A DNA stretch of 64,000 nt, from NCBI RefSeq assembly GCF_001194135.2, contig NC_068981.1:190725555-190789554 (forward strand), given 5' to 3'. The notes below the pieces were generated by a model. The model saw only the letters and a program-made list of their open reading frames with translations, was not told where the DNA came from and ran no database searches. This document shows positions 11,622-23,787 of the stretch, piece by piece. Made by a program: the position numbers and the translations under genes. The stretch comes from Octopus bimaculoides. Taxonomy: Eukaryota. The first letter of the stretch is position 1, and each line of letters begins with the position of its first letter.

Positions 11622-12380
11622 ATACAAGGTGTTTGAGCTAAATTTAACAATTTTTTATGCCACCTTTTTACAGGAACAGTTTGCTGTATAAATGAGTTGG
11701 TGTTGGAGAGTATAAAGATTAAAGTTGTAGTTGAGAAAATGTCAGCTGACATGAAGGACTGGAAAAGCCAGCTGAATATTCTTTTCTACTCTAGGCACAA
11801 GGCCTGAAATTTTGGTGGAGGGGGTCAGTCGATTACAACAACCCCAGTACGCAACTGGTACTTAATTTATCGATCCCGAAAGGATGTAAGGCAAAGTTGA
11901 CCTCGGCGGAATTTGAACTCAGAATGTAAAGAGATGAAATACTGCTAAGTATTTCGCCCGGTGTGCTAACATTTCGGCCAGCTTGCTGCCTTGGAAACCA
12001 GCTGAATATCGGAAAAGAGCCACCTGAATCATGATGATTTGCAGTGGATATCAAAATGCTGACATCATGACTGTTGCTGAATGCTCTGTGAATACTGTAG
12101 AGGTTGTAAGATATGACATGGACAGCTGCATCAGAGACTACGAAATTGTGGCCAGCAGGAAGAGGCACAGTAGATGTTCTTACTGTGTCTGCACATTGGA
12201 ATTCATTCAGCAAGTTCAGAACAAAATGATAGAAGATCTGAGCAAGGAAATCCAGGCTTTGGTGTGAGGTGGGTATTGGAATTGTCACTATGAATCTTGT
12301 CTTGAATGATGACCTTCACTACCACTTGCACATGAAGTACAAAGGACAAATTCTGACAGCCAAAGCCGAGGAGAACGGTT
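11622..12380 (+). mobile_element. Dead Tc1/mariner (maT/DD37D-like) 5' fragment interrupted by a SINE
   Basis: Translation ..MICSGYQNADIMTVAECSVNTV..VASRKRHSRCSYCVCTLEFIQQVQNKMIED..LNDDLHY..KGQILT resembles the N-terminal DNA-binding region of Bmmar1/maT transposases; stops and frameshifts present. Confidence 0.7.
11780..11992 (-). mobile_element. Family C SINE with target-site duplication
   Basis: CCAGCTGAATAT at 11768-11779 and 11998-12009. Confidence 0.9.
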
Positions 12381-13349
12381 CTAATTTTAAAAAATATATT
12401 GTCTTTGATAAATTCCACTAGTACAAGGAACTAAGTACCCATTGTGTTATAAAATAGATAATTCTTATTTTGCTAATTAGATTTTAGCTGTTCGTTTGGT
12501 AGGTTTTAGTTTAACAGAAAGAAAAGAAGGAAAATCACATATAGTATAGATTCCAAGGTGCTTTGGGCATTATTTTCTAAGTAATTTCAGTTTCTAAATG
12601 ACTTCATGATATAATTGCAATGCTTAATTACTTATTTATGATGGTCTATAACAGGTTTTTTTCTTTTTTCCATTAAACAGAAATTTTTAAAATGTTTTCT
12701 GCATGAAGTTATTTCATTTAATGAAAACACTAAAATTTGTTATAGTTATGTGGGCGGATGTTGGTCAGGTATAATTTTGACTACATTTCTCGTAACTATT
12801 TAATAATCATTGTTTTAATGTCTACTGTTCCATACTTGCAAGAATCAGACGAGAGTATATTGAAGTAGAGCTTTTCTACAGCCAGATGCCCTTCGTATCA
12901 CCAAACCCTTTATTCCTAAGTGAGATTGTAATCTCCCAGTTTATTGAACAACAGCCTGGATATGTTTTTAGGTGGGGAACTGGAAACAAACAACACTGTT
13001 TAAGGAGTCTTTTGTTAACAAGGATCAAGCAAATGTCAAGATTGGGTAGCATTTCATGGGGGATTGCAAGCCAATAACACTGGCAGGGTGCCATTGTTTA
13101 AAAACCAGCAAACACACAGAAACACATGCACCCCCGCCACACACAAACATGATGAGCTTCTTTCAGTTTCCATTTTTCAAATCATTCACAATGCATTGCC
13201 AGGTCTGGGGCTGTTGTAGAAAACACTTGCTCAAGGTGCCATGCAATAAAATTGAACCTAAAACCATATAGTTGGGAAGCAAGCTTCTCAAGCACATAGC
13301 CATACCTGTGCATCTTAATAATATTTATTACTATTTCACAGTTACATGT

Positions 13350-13790
13350 GTTTCATTCCTGATCTTTCTCTCTCCGGCCAGGTAACCTTGTACTTCCTCT
13401 ACAGCAAGACACCTGTATCTGTCTCACTATAACCTTCTCATCATCACCTTCTCCAATGCCTCCTGCCCTCTGAAAAGATTTTGTCTTGCAAGTACTTGGC
13501 AACCCTGTCAGTGCAGGTGCTACTTAAAAGCACCCAGTCCAAAGTGGTTGGTGTTTGGAAGAGCATCCAGCTATAAAAACCTTGCCAAAACGGACCTTGC
13601 CTGTGCTTGGGCTATGTAAAAAGCACTAAGTCCACGCTTGCTGAGTGGTTGGTGTTAGGAAGGGCATCCAGCTGTAAAAATCCTGCCAAAACAGTCACAG
13701 AAGTCTGGTGCAGGCTTATGCCTGGCCAACTCTTTTGGTACCATCCCACCCATGCTAGCATGGAAGTCGGACATTAATCGATGATGATGA
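13350..13790 (+). mobile_element. Family A-related diverged copy
   Basis: Two AAAAGCAC..GTGGTTGGTGTT.GGAAG.GCATCCAGCT blocks and a (GAT)n tail. Confidence 0.7.
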
Positions 13791-14262
13791 TATGCTATTC
13801 ACTCTATATTCTAGTGAATTTTTGCAAAGTTTTACAAATTTTTTTTTTCTGCAGGACTCTCTTTGATACTAACACGTCATACTTACCTTTTGAGTTTTAT
13901 AAACTTCAGACTTGTTTGTTTTTCCAATCTGGTATCTACATCAAATACTTTATAGTTAAACTGAATTTGCTGCATTAGAAATGCAATTTAATCCTCATAC
14001 AGAATTTCTTTCATCTCAAATTATTTCATTATACTTCAGCAATTACATTTTAATTTTCATTTCCAATTCTTTAATTATTTAATTTCAGCACAAAGAAATA
14101 TCTGAAATTATTATTATTATTATTATTATCTTTATACTTTTATGTAAATATTTGTCTTTTTAGATGACAAAATTATCAATTCTTCTTTTTGAAACACACA
14201 CACATTCCCAAGCTTTATATTTATTTTAATTTAATTCTTATACAAATAAATGATTATAACCA

Positions 14263-14304
<42 letters not shown>

Positions 14305-14829
14305 CTCTCTCCCCTCTCTCTCTCACTCTCTCCCCCCTCCCTCTCTCTCTCAGTCTATATTGCCTATTTTACATCGGTTGATATATAATTTCAAGGAACT
14401 TTCAATAGCATTTTGGTTTATTCATTCTACTTTAGAGAAATATCAGTTTTGGCAGTGTGACTAATCAAAACTACAAATGATCATACATCATTACTTTCAT
14501 CCACTCGCTCTATCAAATACATCAATCACAAAAAACTAAAATGAAAAACATAGTAGAAATTGTTGGTTTTGTTTCATTTTCTGGTTTGCTTGATTGCTTG
14601 TTTGAATCTCCATTCTGGTATCGCAGAAACTATTGAAACTAGGAATTTGAATCTTTCTTTTTTTTTTTTTTATCAATGATTGCTAAGCAAAATATAAAGC
14701 TTCACTTTTTTTTTGTTTTTAAAAAACATTGCCTTTTTTTTTATCAAGTTATTTTGAAGTTCATGGCCCAGCTCTGTTCAACTTGACATTTACTGTGTGA
14801 GCTATAGATTATGTAAGAGATATTATCAT

Positions 14830-15260
14830 TTAAGAAGTTTCCTTTGTAACTGGATTATTTATAGAGTTCGTTGCCCCCATGAGGCACTGTGGATAGTTGT
14901 CTTTGATTATGGTTTTGAGCTGACCATTATCTTGTGAGTAGAACTGGCATGTGAAGACTGAAAGAAGCTCTGTGTGTATGTGTGTGTGTCTTTCTAGTAT
15001 CTTAGTGTTGTTTATGTGCTGAATATAAATAAATGGTCACCATCTATGTAAGCTGTGTCGTTTACAATCTACCATGGAAACATATCTGGCTATTGAGTTG
15101 GTCATTGTTTGAAGGCCTAGGGGAAATGTAACCTTACTTGGAAGCAAGTGAGGGTTAGCAACAGGAAGAACATTCATTGTAGAAAACCTCCTTATCTGTT
15201 TTATCTGATCCATGCAAGCATGAGAAAATGGATGTTAAAAGGATGGTGATAATGATAACG
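14830..15260 (+). mobile_element. Old family B-headed SINE carrying an A-type tail
   Basis: Aligns to the B 5' half, then ...CCATGCAAGCATGAGAAAATGGATGTTAAAAGGATGGTGAT. Confidence 0.65.
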
Positions 15261-15654
15261 ATAGCAACATAAATATGAAAATACAACAAAGCTTTAACCA
15301 TTTTTTTTCTTTATTTCTTTTGAAATACATTAGCTTTGTTTCAATTAATTTTGAAAGCTGTGAAGAATTTAGTAAAATTAATTTACCATTATTAAGCTAG
15401 TGTTTAGAAAATAAATTAACATGAATCTTTGATGAAATTTATGTCACTTTAAAGCAGGAAGTTTTGCTTCTTAGAACCAGGGTAGGTTCATATCAAAATG
15501 TATTTGAATACAGACCACATATAAATCTTTCCTTGGACTGTGGCCATACTGGGGCACATTTTCTTTGGTTTTATTTGCTAATTCTTTGGTTATTATTGAG
15601 CTGAATATTTATTCTAACAACTAATTTTCAATTTTTGCTGTTTTACTTTTCTAA

Positions 15655-16050
15655 TGTGAAGGCAAATGGCTCAGTGGTTAGAGCACCAAGCTTACAATCA
15701 TGAGGTTGTGAGTTCGATTCCGGGACAGGGCTGCTTGTTGTGTTCTTGAGCAAGACACTTTATTTCATGTTGTTGCAGTTAACTCAGCTGTAGAAATGAG
15801 TTGTGACATCACTGGTGCCAAGCTGTATCGGCCCCTTTGCCTTTCCCTTGGATAACATCAGTGGTGTGGAGAGGNNNNNNNNNNATCGGCCCCTTTGCCT
15901 TTCCCTTGGATAACATCAGTGGTGTGGAGAGGGGAGGCTGGTATGCATGGGCGACTGCTAGCCTTCCACAAACAATCTTGCCCGGACTTGTGCCTGGGAG
16001 GTAACTTTCTAGGTGCAATCCCATGGTCATTCGTGACCAAAGGGGGTTTC
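15655..16050 (+). mobile_element. tRNA-headed SINE (OR-like)
   Basis: A box TGGCTCAGTGG, B box GAGTTCGATTC, core GAGCAAGACACTTTATTTCA; no tRNA 3' acceptor stem or CCA. Confidence 0.85.
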
Positions 16051-16309
16051 CTCCTCCTACTTTCCTAACATCAATAATGATTTTTGGAGAGCACTAGTGT
16101 GCCAGGCCACCTGGATTTGTTTCTATGACTACTCAGAGAAGTAAAATTGAAACTGGTCTTAGACTTAACGACATTTTTATCCAATAGAAAACTTAATAAA
16201 TTGGCTTGTGCATGGTAAACAGCAACAGTCAAAATAATATCATACACAATCATTTCTTGATATGTTCAAATCTGCTACAACACATAAAGAACAAATATGC
16301 ATCTTTTAT

Positions 16310-16700
16310 CTTTTACTTTTTTAGTTGTTAGACTACAGTCATGGAGAGGTACTACCTTGAAGACTCTTTAGTTGAAGGAATCACCCCCAGAACTCTTTCT
16401 TTAAATTTTTATCTGGTATATATTCATTCAGTTTCTTTTGCTGAATTGCTAAATTACATAGATATAAACACACCAACACCGGTTCCCAAGTAGTGGTGGG
16501 GCACAAGCATAGATACAAAAGTACACACACACACATGATGGTTTTCTTTCAGATTCCATCTACCAAATTCACACACAAGGCTTTGGTCAATCCAAAGCTA
16601 TAGTAGAAGACACTTGCTCAAAGTGCCATGCAGCGGAACTGAACCCAGAACCATGTGACTGGTAAGCAAACCTCTTACCGCACAGCCATGCCTGCACCTA
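16310..16700 (-). mobile_element. Family B SINE, diverged
   Basis: Reverse complement of the B consensus. Confidence 0.8.
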
Positions 16701-16944
16701 TGTATGTCATATTTTCATTCTCACACACATGATGATTTATTATTGGTTGGCAGAAATCAGTAAATGATTTGTTTGGTGAATTCTATAAATAAGAACCAAA
16801 TCTCTTATAGAATTCACTAATCTGGGGTATCTGTAATTGAAGGGACAAACAGCAAGGTTGAATTATCAGTGTATTAAAGTCCCTTTACTCCTCAGTGAAC
16901 TGTGTTACAAACACACTTTCTTCTGAAAGAAGAAATTGTCCGCC

Positions 16945-17170
16945 AATAAATATTGGTTTCAAATTTTGGCACAAGGCCAGTAATTCCGAGGGATTGGGTA
17001 AGTCAATTACATTGACCCCAGTACTTGACTGGTACTTATTTTATCAACCCCAAAAGGATAAAAAACAAAGACAACCTTGGCAAAGTTTGAACTCAGAATG
17101 TAAACATGGGTAAATTGCCTATAAGAATTTTGTCCAGCATGCTAAGGATTCTGCCAGCTTGTCACCTTAA
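16945..17170 (-). mobile_element. Family C SINE, diverged
   Basis: Reverse complement of the C consensus. Confidence 0.8.
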
Positions 17171-17689
17171 TTTCTTCTCCAATTAGCATATTCCTATTGC
17201 AGAATGTTGGAACATATGAAGAATGATTATGTCACTGGGAATTTTAATGATATAGCACTATTGCTGTATTCCTAGCAACTCTGTTATGTGTTAAGAGGAG
17301 GTAGTTTAGGACATTGCACAGATTACATACATTACCAGTGACTCATTGGAGATTCAAACATTCCTAAGTGAGAGGCTGGTGTTTTATCCACTTAATCTTT
17401 ACAAATCCCTGTGTAAATACAAAAGGATATTCTGATGATCCATGCTGGCATCTAAAATTTGTTGTGGTTTATGAAATGAAAAGTTTATACTTTGTGTACT
17501 AAATACTTCACCTCTTTTAGTGAAGAAAATATTGATTTATGTTGACGAAGAGTCGTGGAAGAGTGATTGAGAAGTTTGCTTTGCAGTTTTGTGAATTTGG
17601 GTTCAGTCTCACTGCATGATATCATGGCCAAGTGTCTTCTACTATAACCCTGAGCCAACCAAATCTTTGTGAGTGCTTTTGATATGTGA

Positions 17690-18058
17690 CACTCCGTTGG
17701 TTATGACAATGAGGGTTCCAGTTGATCTGATCAATGGAACAGCCTGCTCATGAAATTAATGTGCAAGTGACTGAGCATTTCACAGACACATGTACCCTTA
17801 ATGTACTTCTTGGAGAGATTCAGAGTGTAACAAGGTTGGCCCTTTGAAATACAGGTACAACAGAAACAGGAAGAAAGAGTGAGAGAAAGTTGTGGTGAAA
17901 GAGTACAGCAGGGTTCGCCACCATCCCCTGCCAGAGCCATGTGGAGCTTTAGGTGTTTTCACCCAATAAACACTCACAATGCCCGGTCTGAAAATCGAAA
18001 CTGCGATCCCACGACCGCGAGTCCGCTGCCCTAGCCACTGGGCCATTGCACCTCCACA
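17690..18058 (-). mobile_element. tRNA-headed SINE (OR-like, second subfamily)
   Basis: Minus strand begins GGAGGTGCAATGGCCCAGTGGCTAGGGCAGCGGACTCGCGGTCGTGGGATCGCAGTTTCGATT; 3' part shared with 43391-43625. Confidence 0.85.
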
Positions 18059-19615
18059 ATGGTTTTGATAGATGAAAACTGAAAGAAGCCTATTGTGTAC
18101 ACACACACACACACACATACATACATATATTGAGAAATATGCAGTTACTCTATCCAGATTACAAGTTCAGGTTTATACCTGTAATTATTATCTAGCTATA
18201 AAAGAAAATCTGCCTAAATAAGCTGTCCAACTTATGTAAGCATGGAAAAATAGGCATTAAACTCTATTAAGTGGTTGGTGATTAGCGTTAGGAAGGACAT
18301 TCCATTGTATAAACAATGCCAAAGCAGACAATGGAACCTGGTGTTGCTCCAAGCTTTACCAACTCCTGTCAAACTGTCCAACCCATGCCAGCATGGAAAA
18401 CAGACATTAAAGGATCATGATAATTAGCAGAAACTAGATATGTGACATGTCTTACTTTATTGTTATCAAGAGAAACCAGTGAAGAATCTTGTTTGATTAG
18501 TCATATTGGAATTATGTATCTTTGTTTTTTGTCTTTTTTAACAAAGTTTTCATCTTTTCTTTGTTTCTGTCATTGGACTGTGGTCATGCTGGAGCACTGT
18601 TTCCAAGAATCTAGTTAAACAAAACAACTCTTATTCTTTAGTCTGGTACCTTTTTCATTGATCTATTTTGCCAAACTGCTAAAATATAGGAATGTAAATA
18701 TAGAATGTCAAGAAACATACTTGTAAAGTACTTCTAGGGGACAAGTAAAACACACACACATATGAGGAGGCTTCTACACAGTTTCCATTTATCAGATTCA
18801 CTCACAAATCATTCGTCGACCCAGGGCTTCTGCAGAAAACACTATGTACTTGCAAAGTAAGTTTTTTAACCACACAGTCATGTCTTCACCTATTATGTTG
18901 TTTTTTCATTTCCTTTTTCCTGTTATGATGGAAAAGAGTGGACATGGACTGAAAATTCTGAGATTGCAATCAATAATTATGTCCGCTTTGTCTTCTTTTG
19001 CATATCAGATTCCCTTCATAGATAATTAATGATAATTAATGAAAACACAAACTTGACTGACAAGGAGTTAACATTATATTCTATTCTTCAAAGATGCTTC
19101 ATAGCATTTATTGCTGTAATAATTTCTCAAATTTAATTTTCTTTTTGAAGGAAGAGTGTGTGGTGGTGTGTGTGTGTATGGGTGCATGCCTGTGTGTGTG
19201 AGAGAGAGAGAGAGAGAGACAGAGAGAGAGTGATTGTGTGTGCTCAAAGACATTAATGATTTAAATATGAAAAATAATTTTTTAATTCACTCCACGTTCC
19301 TTTCAACGATGGCACAGCTATCAAATCGTGTATTTTTTTAGACTTTTCACCATTAAATCTAGTCTAAGTGTTGTGTACAGTTAAATGAGGTGCTTTAGCA
19401 GAACGACAGAGGGTAAAAGAATAACAAAGAATAATTGGCAAGAGTTCCTTTAAAATTGAAAATAGAATGGATTTGTTATTACAAAGAATTCTTCCTGCTT
19501 CTTCTACCATCACAGTTTAAAGCTAGGCAAAGGTTTGAAAATATTTATTAACGAAAGGTTTGGCAATAAAGATAATGTTGCTTCTTAATTTTTCTTTTTC
19601 TGGATGATACTAGAG

Positions 19616-19708
<93 letters not shown>
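19616..19708. repeat. (GT)n microsatellite
   Basis: Direct reading; similar tracts at 26045-26137, 28815-28874 and 34305-34366. Confidence 0.98.
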
Positions 19709-19711
<3 letters not shown>

Positions 19712-20037
19712 ATATGTATTATCTTCATTTTAACACCTGTTTTTTTTTATGCCAGCATGGATGGGATAGGTCTTTTTCAGCAGAGTTGTGCTTCCCAACT
19801 TCATGGTTTCAAGTTCAGTTCCACTGCATGGCACCTTGGGCAAGTGTTTTCTATTACAGCCTTGTGAGTGGATCTGGGAGACAGAAACTGAAAGAAGCCC
19901 ATATACATCACCTGTTTGGCATGATGTGGTTTTTGTCTAAGAGAACATCTCTTCCAAGACATTACATGGATTATAGTTTTATTGGACTAGGTACAAATTA
20001 TGTATGGGTGTGTTATATACATACATACATACATGTA

Positions 20038-20260
20038 TTATCATCATCATTTAACGTCCACTTTCCCTGCTAACATAAGTTGGACAATTTGACTGGGGAC
20101 TGGCGAACCAGATGGCTGCACCAGACTCCAATCTGATCTGGCAGTGTTTCTACAGTTGGATGCCCTTCCTAACGCCAACCACTCCAAGAGTGTAGTGGGT
20201 GCTTTTTACATGCCACCGACACGTTTTACGTGTCACCGACACATTTTACGTGCCACCATA
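20038..20260 (-). mobile_element. Family A copy
   Basis: (CAT)n tail and reverse-complement A body. Confidence 0.85.
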
Positions 20261-20266
20261 TATATG

Positions 20267-20302
20267 TAACCCTAACCCTAACCCTAACCCTAACCCTAAC
20301 CC
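20267..20302 (-). repeat. Interstitial telomeric repeat (TTAGGG)6
   Basis: Six perfect TAACCC units on the + strand. Confidence 0.95.
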
Positions 20303-20645
20303 CTTCTCTCACTCGAACACTTTCAACATTATACCAAACTATACTTAAAGAAGACTTCAACAAAAATCTCCAAACTTATCTTGACCCCCAGACAGAAGAT
20401 AAACTGTTTTTACTTCAATCTTTTATAAATCTTTACTGATATTTGATAAGATGCGCAGCCATCTGGTTCGCCAGTCCTCAGTCAAATCGTCCAACCCATG
20501 CTAGCGTGGAAAGCAGATGTTAAACGATGATTTTTTTATTAAATTCCCTCTTAAACTGAAATGTCTTAGACTTACTTCTGTGTTATTTTCACCTCCATCT
20601 TTTTTATATAAAAATTTGGTTTGTATAGATCTCTAATCTTTTTTC

Positions 20646-20723
<78 letters not shown>

Positions 20724-21279
20724 TGTAAGGAGTTTAATTCACTGGTGATCTAAACAAATAGGTACACTGAGTAAGTTCTATAAGTGGTCATCCGTTAGGT
20801 TCCAAGTTCACAGCAGAGGCTGGAGCTAGGGATCCATATTAGGTTTCCATGTTAGCAGGTATATATTAGAGGGAAAGGACAACAAAAACCAAGGCAGGAT
20901 GAGTATCTCAAGTCATTTATAATAATTTAATTAGGGTAAGATTAATTTGAAGTCTTACAGCTGTTTCTGAGGTATCCCAGGTGATAGGCTAGCATGTTCG
21001 TACACTGGGTATTCCATCATCAGAGACAAGGTGAGACAATGAAAGTTCTAGATAGGGAAATTCACAGTTTATAAAAAGTAGAAGTAGATAGAAGAATACA
21101 GATAGGAGATAAAAGTTATATATATATATTCTTTTACTTGTTCCAATCATTTGACTGTGGCCATGCTGGAGCACCACCTTTAGTCGTGTAATGTCACCTT
21201 AATGATAATAATGATAATAATAATTACATTCTGCTATTGAATACATTAGCTAGAACTAGCTGTTCATAATACACAATGT

Positions 21280-21950
21280 ACATTACCCTAAAAGTAATAC
21301 TGATAAACTCTACTTATGAAGAACAGTGTTAGTACTGCGATATTGGGTTTGAAAAAGTTGTGTTGTTCATAGTGATGAAGGACTGGTATCTGCAACTAAA
21401 AATATCCAAAAAGTCTCTGAAACAGTAGGAGAATTCAAAGATAGAAAGAAGAACAATAGGTCAACTAAGTAGAAAGAGAAGGAATTACATGGCCAATTTA
21501 TGCAACAAACCAACGATGTTAGATGTAAAGAAGTTTTGTGTTTGATGGATGGAAACCTGAAATGAAAAACTGAATTGTTGATTATAGTTGTTTAGGAACA
21601 TGCTGTTAGAACAAATTTGGTGAAGTCAAAGATTGATAGAACTTAGAGGGCAAATGCAAAATGGGAAAGGAGACAAAAGTATGAACACTCACCTAAGTGA
21701 ATGCAGTAAGCTAGCAGAAAACAATTTTAAATAGAGGTATGATTGTATCTGTAAAAGAGTGGGATGTTAGTTGATGTGTTGATTCCAAGTAATAGAAAAA
21801 TGTTATGAACATGAGCCAGAGGCTGTGATGGTGAAATAATAATCACAGGAATTTATGGGATTTCTCCATCAAGATGAACCATTGAAGAAAGGAGACCAGA
21901 TATGATTGTAGAAGACAAAAGAAAAGATTTATGATACTGATAATCTATTT
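21280..21950 (+). mobile_element. Degraded non-LTR retrotransposon with restriction-like endonuclease (R4/NeSL-type), 3' part
   Basis: Broken frames read YPKSNTDKLYL, SECSKLAENNFK*RYD, YEHEPEAV, LWDFSI and RRPDMIV, matching the zinc-knuckle/RLE region pattern. Confidence 0.7.
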
Positions 21951-22924
21951 TTAAAAAGGTGGGGTTAGAAATGAAGACTTGGCTACTATTTCTAGCAGGT
22001 CAAGTGGCTGTGTGGAAGTTCCCCTATTGGCTTGTTAAAGCTAAGTTGTTTTCATTAACCCAAAGTACACTAAAAAGTATTGATTAATATAAATCTCTGT
22101 ACATTTATATCTAACATGTTTGTGTGCACTCAAACATGGCAAGGCCTTTACTGTGGTAACTGTCAAAGAAGAGAATTCTTTTTGTAGTTAATCCATGTGA
22201 AAATATCCTGAACTGATCTATGAGTGACATCATCAGACTGTAGAATACAGGTTTCTGCATTGTTGTGTTTCATAAGCCACAAACACTAAATCTGTTGTTC
22301 ATAGCCCACTAAGATCTACCATTTTTATTATATAAATCATAAATTTGCTGGTGTGTGCAAAGCTTTGTCAAGCTAGTGTTGCTAATTGAGAAAAGCAACT
22401 TTTGAGAATAATGTTAGGGAATTGAATCCTAAAACTGAATTTCTCTTTATTTTGCTAATAGCTACTTTAACATGTTTTTATTGCTGTTGTTGAAAAGATA
22501 TAACATTGTGTGTTTCTGTTTTTGTTGTTGTTGTTTGGGTCGATTAGTTAAAGCTGTGTTTTATTTTATTAATTTGATCCCCGTGGCTTTTTCACAAAGC
22601 TCCTGTTTGTTCATGATCTCTTTTGCTGGGCTATTATTATTTTTTTTTTCATTGTTTGGTGGAAATATAAGAGATTGTCCTGCAGCCTTATGAAAAGGTT
22701 TAATTTTTTTTTTAAAATACAAAAAAGAAAGTGTTGAAATCCGAATGTAAATACTTCTTAAAGATATAAATTTTATAAAATTCCTTGACTGGGAGTAGCT
22801 GCTATTACTGCTAAAATTTTCCTGCAATAATCACCTAAATATCAAAGTGTTTTCATCGACATAAGCAAATATATATAGCAATGTTTGTAACTATTGTCAA
22901 AGACATCTATTAATGATTAAATAG

Positions 22925-23290
22925 GCACAGGTGTGTGCTAAGTAAATTGCTTCTTAACTGCTTGATTCTGGGTTCAGTCCACTGCTTGGCACCCTGGATA
23001 AGTGTCTTCTACTATAGTCTTAGGTCAGTCAAGGCATTGTGAGTGGATTTTACAGAAGGAAACTGAAAGAAGTCCATATATGTGTGCATGTCTGTGTTTG
23101 TCTTTCACTGCCACTTGACAACAGGTGTTGATGTGTTTACATCCCTGTAACTTAGCTGTTCGACAAAAGAAACCAATAGAATAAGTACCAGGCTTTAAAA
23201 GAGAAGTACTGGGGTCAAATCATTTCACTAAAAATTCTTCAAGGTGTAGCCCCAGCATGGCCATGGTTTCATGTCTGAAAGAAATAAAAG
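22925..23290 (+). mobile_element. Family B SINE, full length
   Basis: Colinear with the B consensus. Confidence 0.85.
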
Positions 23291-23488
23291 ATTAGGAATG
23301 GATGAGTGCTGGTGTGTCTACACATACACGCATATACAGCATGCATCACCTTTACCATTACCACCACATCTGCTTTTCCAGCCTGGCATGGGGTTTTGAG
23401 ACAGTAATTTACATTCAGATGCCTTTTCCTGAGGCTGATACTTTTAGTTGGACACACACACACACATATCTAGGTAATGTTTATTCAT

Positions 23489-23787
23489 GTGCCTCAGTAA
23501 AAGGCTCCAACACTTTCTCCTGGTGCACCCCCATGAGTAATTGGTGAGTGAACAAGAGAAAAGGAAAGGTTGAAGGATTTCTTTAGTCCTGTCTCACCAA
23601 AGATTGGAAGACCTCTCTGATGCTGGTGCCTTGACAAATTGCATTCTGGAAACATTGTGAAATGGTTGGCAAACAAGCACAGGGAACAGGGTTGAAAGGA
23701 TCTTTTAATTTTGTCTTAAAGAAGACATGACAACTCCCCTAGTGCTCGTGCTTTGACAAAATGCACCCAGTATTTTCCATAGGTGGT
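23489..23787 (+). repeat. Unclassified ~300-bp repeat, copy 1
   Basis: Near-identical to 25165-25437. Confidence 0.9.

Noticed and set aside
15655-15730. tRNA-like sequence (also the minus strand near 17985-18058)
   Set aside because: A and B boxes are present, but there is no complete cloverleaf or acceptor stem and the sequence continues into a SINE body.
15826-15932. Apparent 48-bp tandem duplication
   Set aside because: It also flanks a 10-N gap, the same artefact.
22600-22697. Open frame resembling a transmembrane segment (LLFVHDLFCWAIIIFFFIVWWKYKR)
   Set aside because: The hydrophobicity comes from a poly-T/ATT run, and the acceptor (AAG) and donor (GTTTAA) are weak.
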